A DNA stretch of 64,000 nt, taken from NCBI GenBank assembly GCA_002189035.1, contig NEEC01000002.1, forward strand, positions 4,154,001 through 4,218,000, in the 5' to 3' direction. This stretch comes from Utricularia gibba. Taxonomy: Eukaryota; Plantae; Magnoliophyta. Positions within the stretch are counted from its first letter, which is position 1; each line of letters begins with the position of its first letter. The notes below the pieces were generated by a model. That model did not search any database and was not told the origin of the DNA. It was given only the letters and a program-made list of their open reading frames with translations. The translations under genes were made by a program, and so were the position numbers. Below are positions 61,876 through 64,000 of this stretch, piece after piece.

Positions 61876-62400
61876 TTATCCATATCTTGATGAAAAATTG
61901 CACCTTTGATACGATGCCCACATTTTATTAAAAATCGAATTTCTTAATTCATCTGCTTGATTTCTTAATTTCTTAATTGACGTTTCATTTAGTCTTTCAT
62001 CAGCTTGATTTTTAGTGGTGGGAAGAAGAGGTTTTCTTTTATGGTAATCAAGTCTTTCACCATCAACATTTGTGGCAACTTGTCTCAAAAAGTTATGTAA
62101 CGCCATGATAGTAAAAACAATCTACACTTGTTTGTTGAAAGGAAAATTATGGGAGACATAGTTTACTATGTGAAAACTATTATTCAGATCCCAAAAGTTT
62201 TTTCAATAATATTTCGCAATGATGAATGTCATTAATTAAACAGCTCTTTTGTACTTTGAAATCACGTGAATGTTGAAAATCAGAAATATGATACTTTTGG
62301 TTGCAATATGGAGCCATGTATCGTACCGTATTTCGAAATCTTGAGTCCACAATGTAATATTTTTCTAACATAAAAACCAATAATGCAATTGTAGATTACC
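61876..62400 (-). pseudogene. PIF/Harbinger transposase (DDE_Tnp_4-like) C-terminal remnant
   Basis: KYYIVDSRFRNTVRYMAPY...YH, then ALHNFLRQ...LRNSIFNKMW. Confidence 0.72.
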
Positions 62401-63473
62401 TATTGAACCCTAAAAGAGATCATTGAAAATTCTAGTAGGGGGGTTTAAAAAACTTAGAACGATCATCTCTTAAACAATCCCTTAATAGTTTACTGTTTTC
62501 TAATGGACCTTCGTACCATCTTTGGAGTTTTTTCCTATGCATTTGAATTAATCCCTGATGATGTCATAGTATCTGAGAATATTTCCATCATCAAAACCTT
62601 GATTTGCTCTCGGTTTATCACCATCAGTCCTACACCCTGCACATCAACATAATTTTCACCAATTAAATTCATATTGGTATTCGAGTTCACCATTGTGGAT
62701 GTCTAGTCAATGATTTCTGTGGATTCTCAAGTAGGTCGATAGATCGGGCTCCATGGTGGATGCTAAAATGTTGTGATTAAAAATTGGTAATAGGTGACAA
62801 TTCGAATTTTAGGACTAAAACGGAATGTTTTGCTGATCCAAGTTGCTGATTTGTAAGATTATGGTTTTGATATTATTGAAAGTAAAAAAGTGAGATTTTT
62901 ACATAGAAACCACTAAGGGAAGTAAAGAAAGCTACAAGATTTGCAATGGATGCATAATGCATTTCTTTTGAATTGGGCTCTTATTTATAAGGAACCATGG
63001 CTCAGTGATTTCTAAGAAAAATTGCTACTTTCTATGCCTAATAAGACTGATTGGGTATTGTTTGTGGTTCAGTTGATAGATAGCTGCTTTATGTTCTAAA
63101 CACTTATGGGTTAGTGGGCTTTCACAATGTTTTCCGGTAGCTACAAACTGATAGTATCTCTTTTCTATCTCCTTCATGATTGTAGCAAATTTATTGAGGA
63201 CATCTGGACTGATTTATTGTCCATAGGTTGATATGTTGTTCCTATCTATTTAGCTGGTTTTGGCCCGAACACCGATTTACGTTCAATGGCTAATTTTCTT
63301 GAAGACTCCTTTCAATTTGCTAAACTTTTCAATTTATTATTCATACGGCTCTTCCGATTTTCCTATAAAATTCCATAATTTGGCATCTTCTTTTGTCTTT
63401 TTTCCATCTCCGTCCTGCATATTAATTTTCGACACTGTCATTTAGCCCCTTTTGATGTATTGAGATTAGTATG

Positions 63474-63952
63474 TGATGTGACCCTCTAATCTAAAGAGAT
63501 TAATAACACACGAATAAGAGGTGATTTTGAAGCTTAAAAAGAAACCCACCCAAGTCTACCCTTAAGAGAATGAATCTCTTGCAACTAGACTTTAAAAGAA
63601 AGAGAATTAGGAGCCACACTTCATAAGGAGAATGAATTAAAAGTAATAATCCTAGGATACCATAAGCTAAAAGCTTGATAAGTCAAGAGTGTTCAATCAC
63701 TTAAAGAAGAGAAAATTGCTCATAAGATACATGAAATGAACTAAAGATTCTTTAAAGAGTATATCTCTAGAATATTTATACTCTAGAATTGGGTTTTAAC
63801 ATTCCAAAGACCAAACTAAATAAAAAAAGAAAGACTAGCAAGTCAAATAACACATATGAAAGATGAAGAGATGTTTTGGGCTCAAAGATAGATTCAGCTT
63901 CAAGTAGTTGAACTCATTTAATGGTAAGACTTCAAGCCCATGGTTGATACCA
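63474..63952 (-). repeat. Second CRM-family LTR (3' part), cut by a family-A-like LTR
   Basis: Reverse complement aligns with 19735-20212 and ends in the same GGTCACATCA. Confidence 0.8.
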
Positions 63953-63954
63953 AT

Positions 63955-64000
63955 TGATAAACGAAAAATTATGCAATGTCGTTAAAATACAAACTTATCC
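63955..64000 (-). repeat. End of another family-A-like LTR, runs off window
   Basis: TGATAAACGAAAAATTATGCAATGTCGTT resembles TGATAAACGGAAATTTCCTAATGTCGTT at 54972. Confidence 0.6.

Noticed and set aside
63941-63963. LTR end plus TGGTATCA in Met-PBS geometry
   Set aside because: The same sequence (TGGAATCAA, 19735) is internal to the TSD-flanked CRM solo LTR, so this is an insertion site that mimics a PBS.
1-64000. tRNA, rRNA or CRISPR arrays
   Set aside because: None were seen; the only tRNA-like matches are retrotransposon primer binding sites.

Overview
Plant (eudicot) nuclear DNA; the 2S albumin looks sesame-like, suggesting an asterid, which is inference. Most of the window is nested, decayed transposons: Ty3/gypsy Athila, Tat, CRM and Tekay-like pieces, a copia Angela-like end, a TRIM, three Mutator/MULE remnants and PIF/Harbinger remnants. 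These surround three small gene islands. (1) 14.7-18.1 kb, minus strand: a tightly packed trio of a 68-aa single-TM microprotein, a PLS-DYW PPR editing factor (MEF10-like) and an intronless 2S albumin. (2) About 27.9-28.4 kb, plus strand: a GIR1/GIR2-like EAR-motif repressor broken by a 1-nt frameshift in a G run, facing a decayed NLR-LRR relic. (3) 60.4-60.9 kb, minus strand: an OFP6-like OVATE repressor with a near-perfect 101-nt hairpin 24 nt past its stop codon. Three solo LTRs have exact 5-bp TSDs (AAAAC, ACATT, CTTAG) and a fourth has a one-mismatch TSD (CCCAC/CCCGC). One Athila-type LTR family occurs six times. A decayed coding relic at 58.5-59.3 kb could not be assigned to any family. 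No tRNA, rRNA or CRISPR features were seen. Family names come from motif recognition by eye, not database searches, and TE boundaries without a TSD are approximate.
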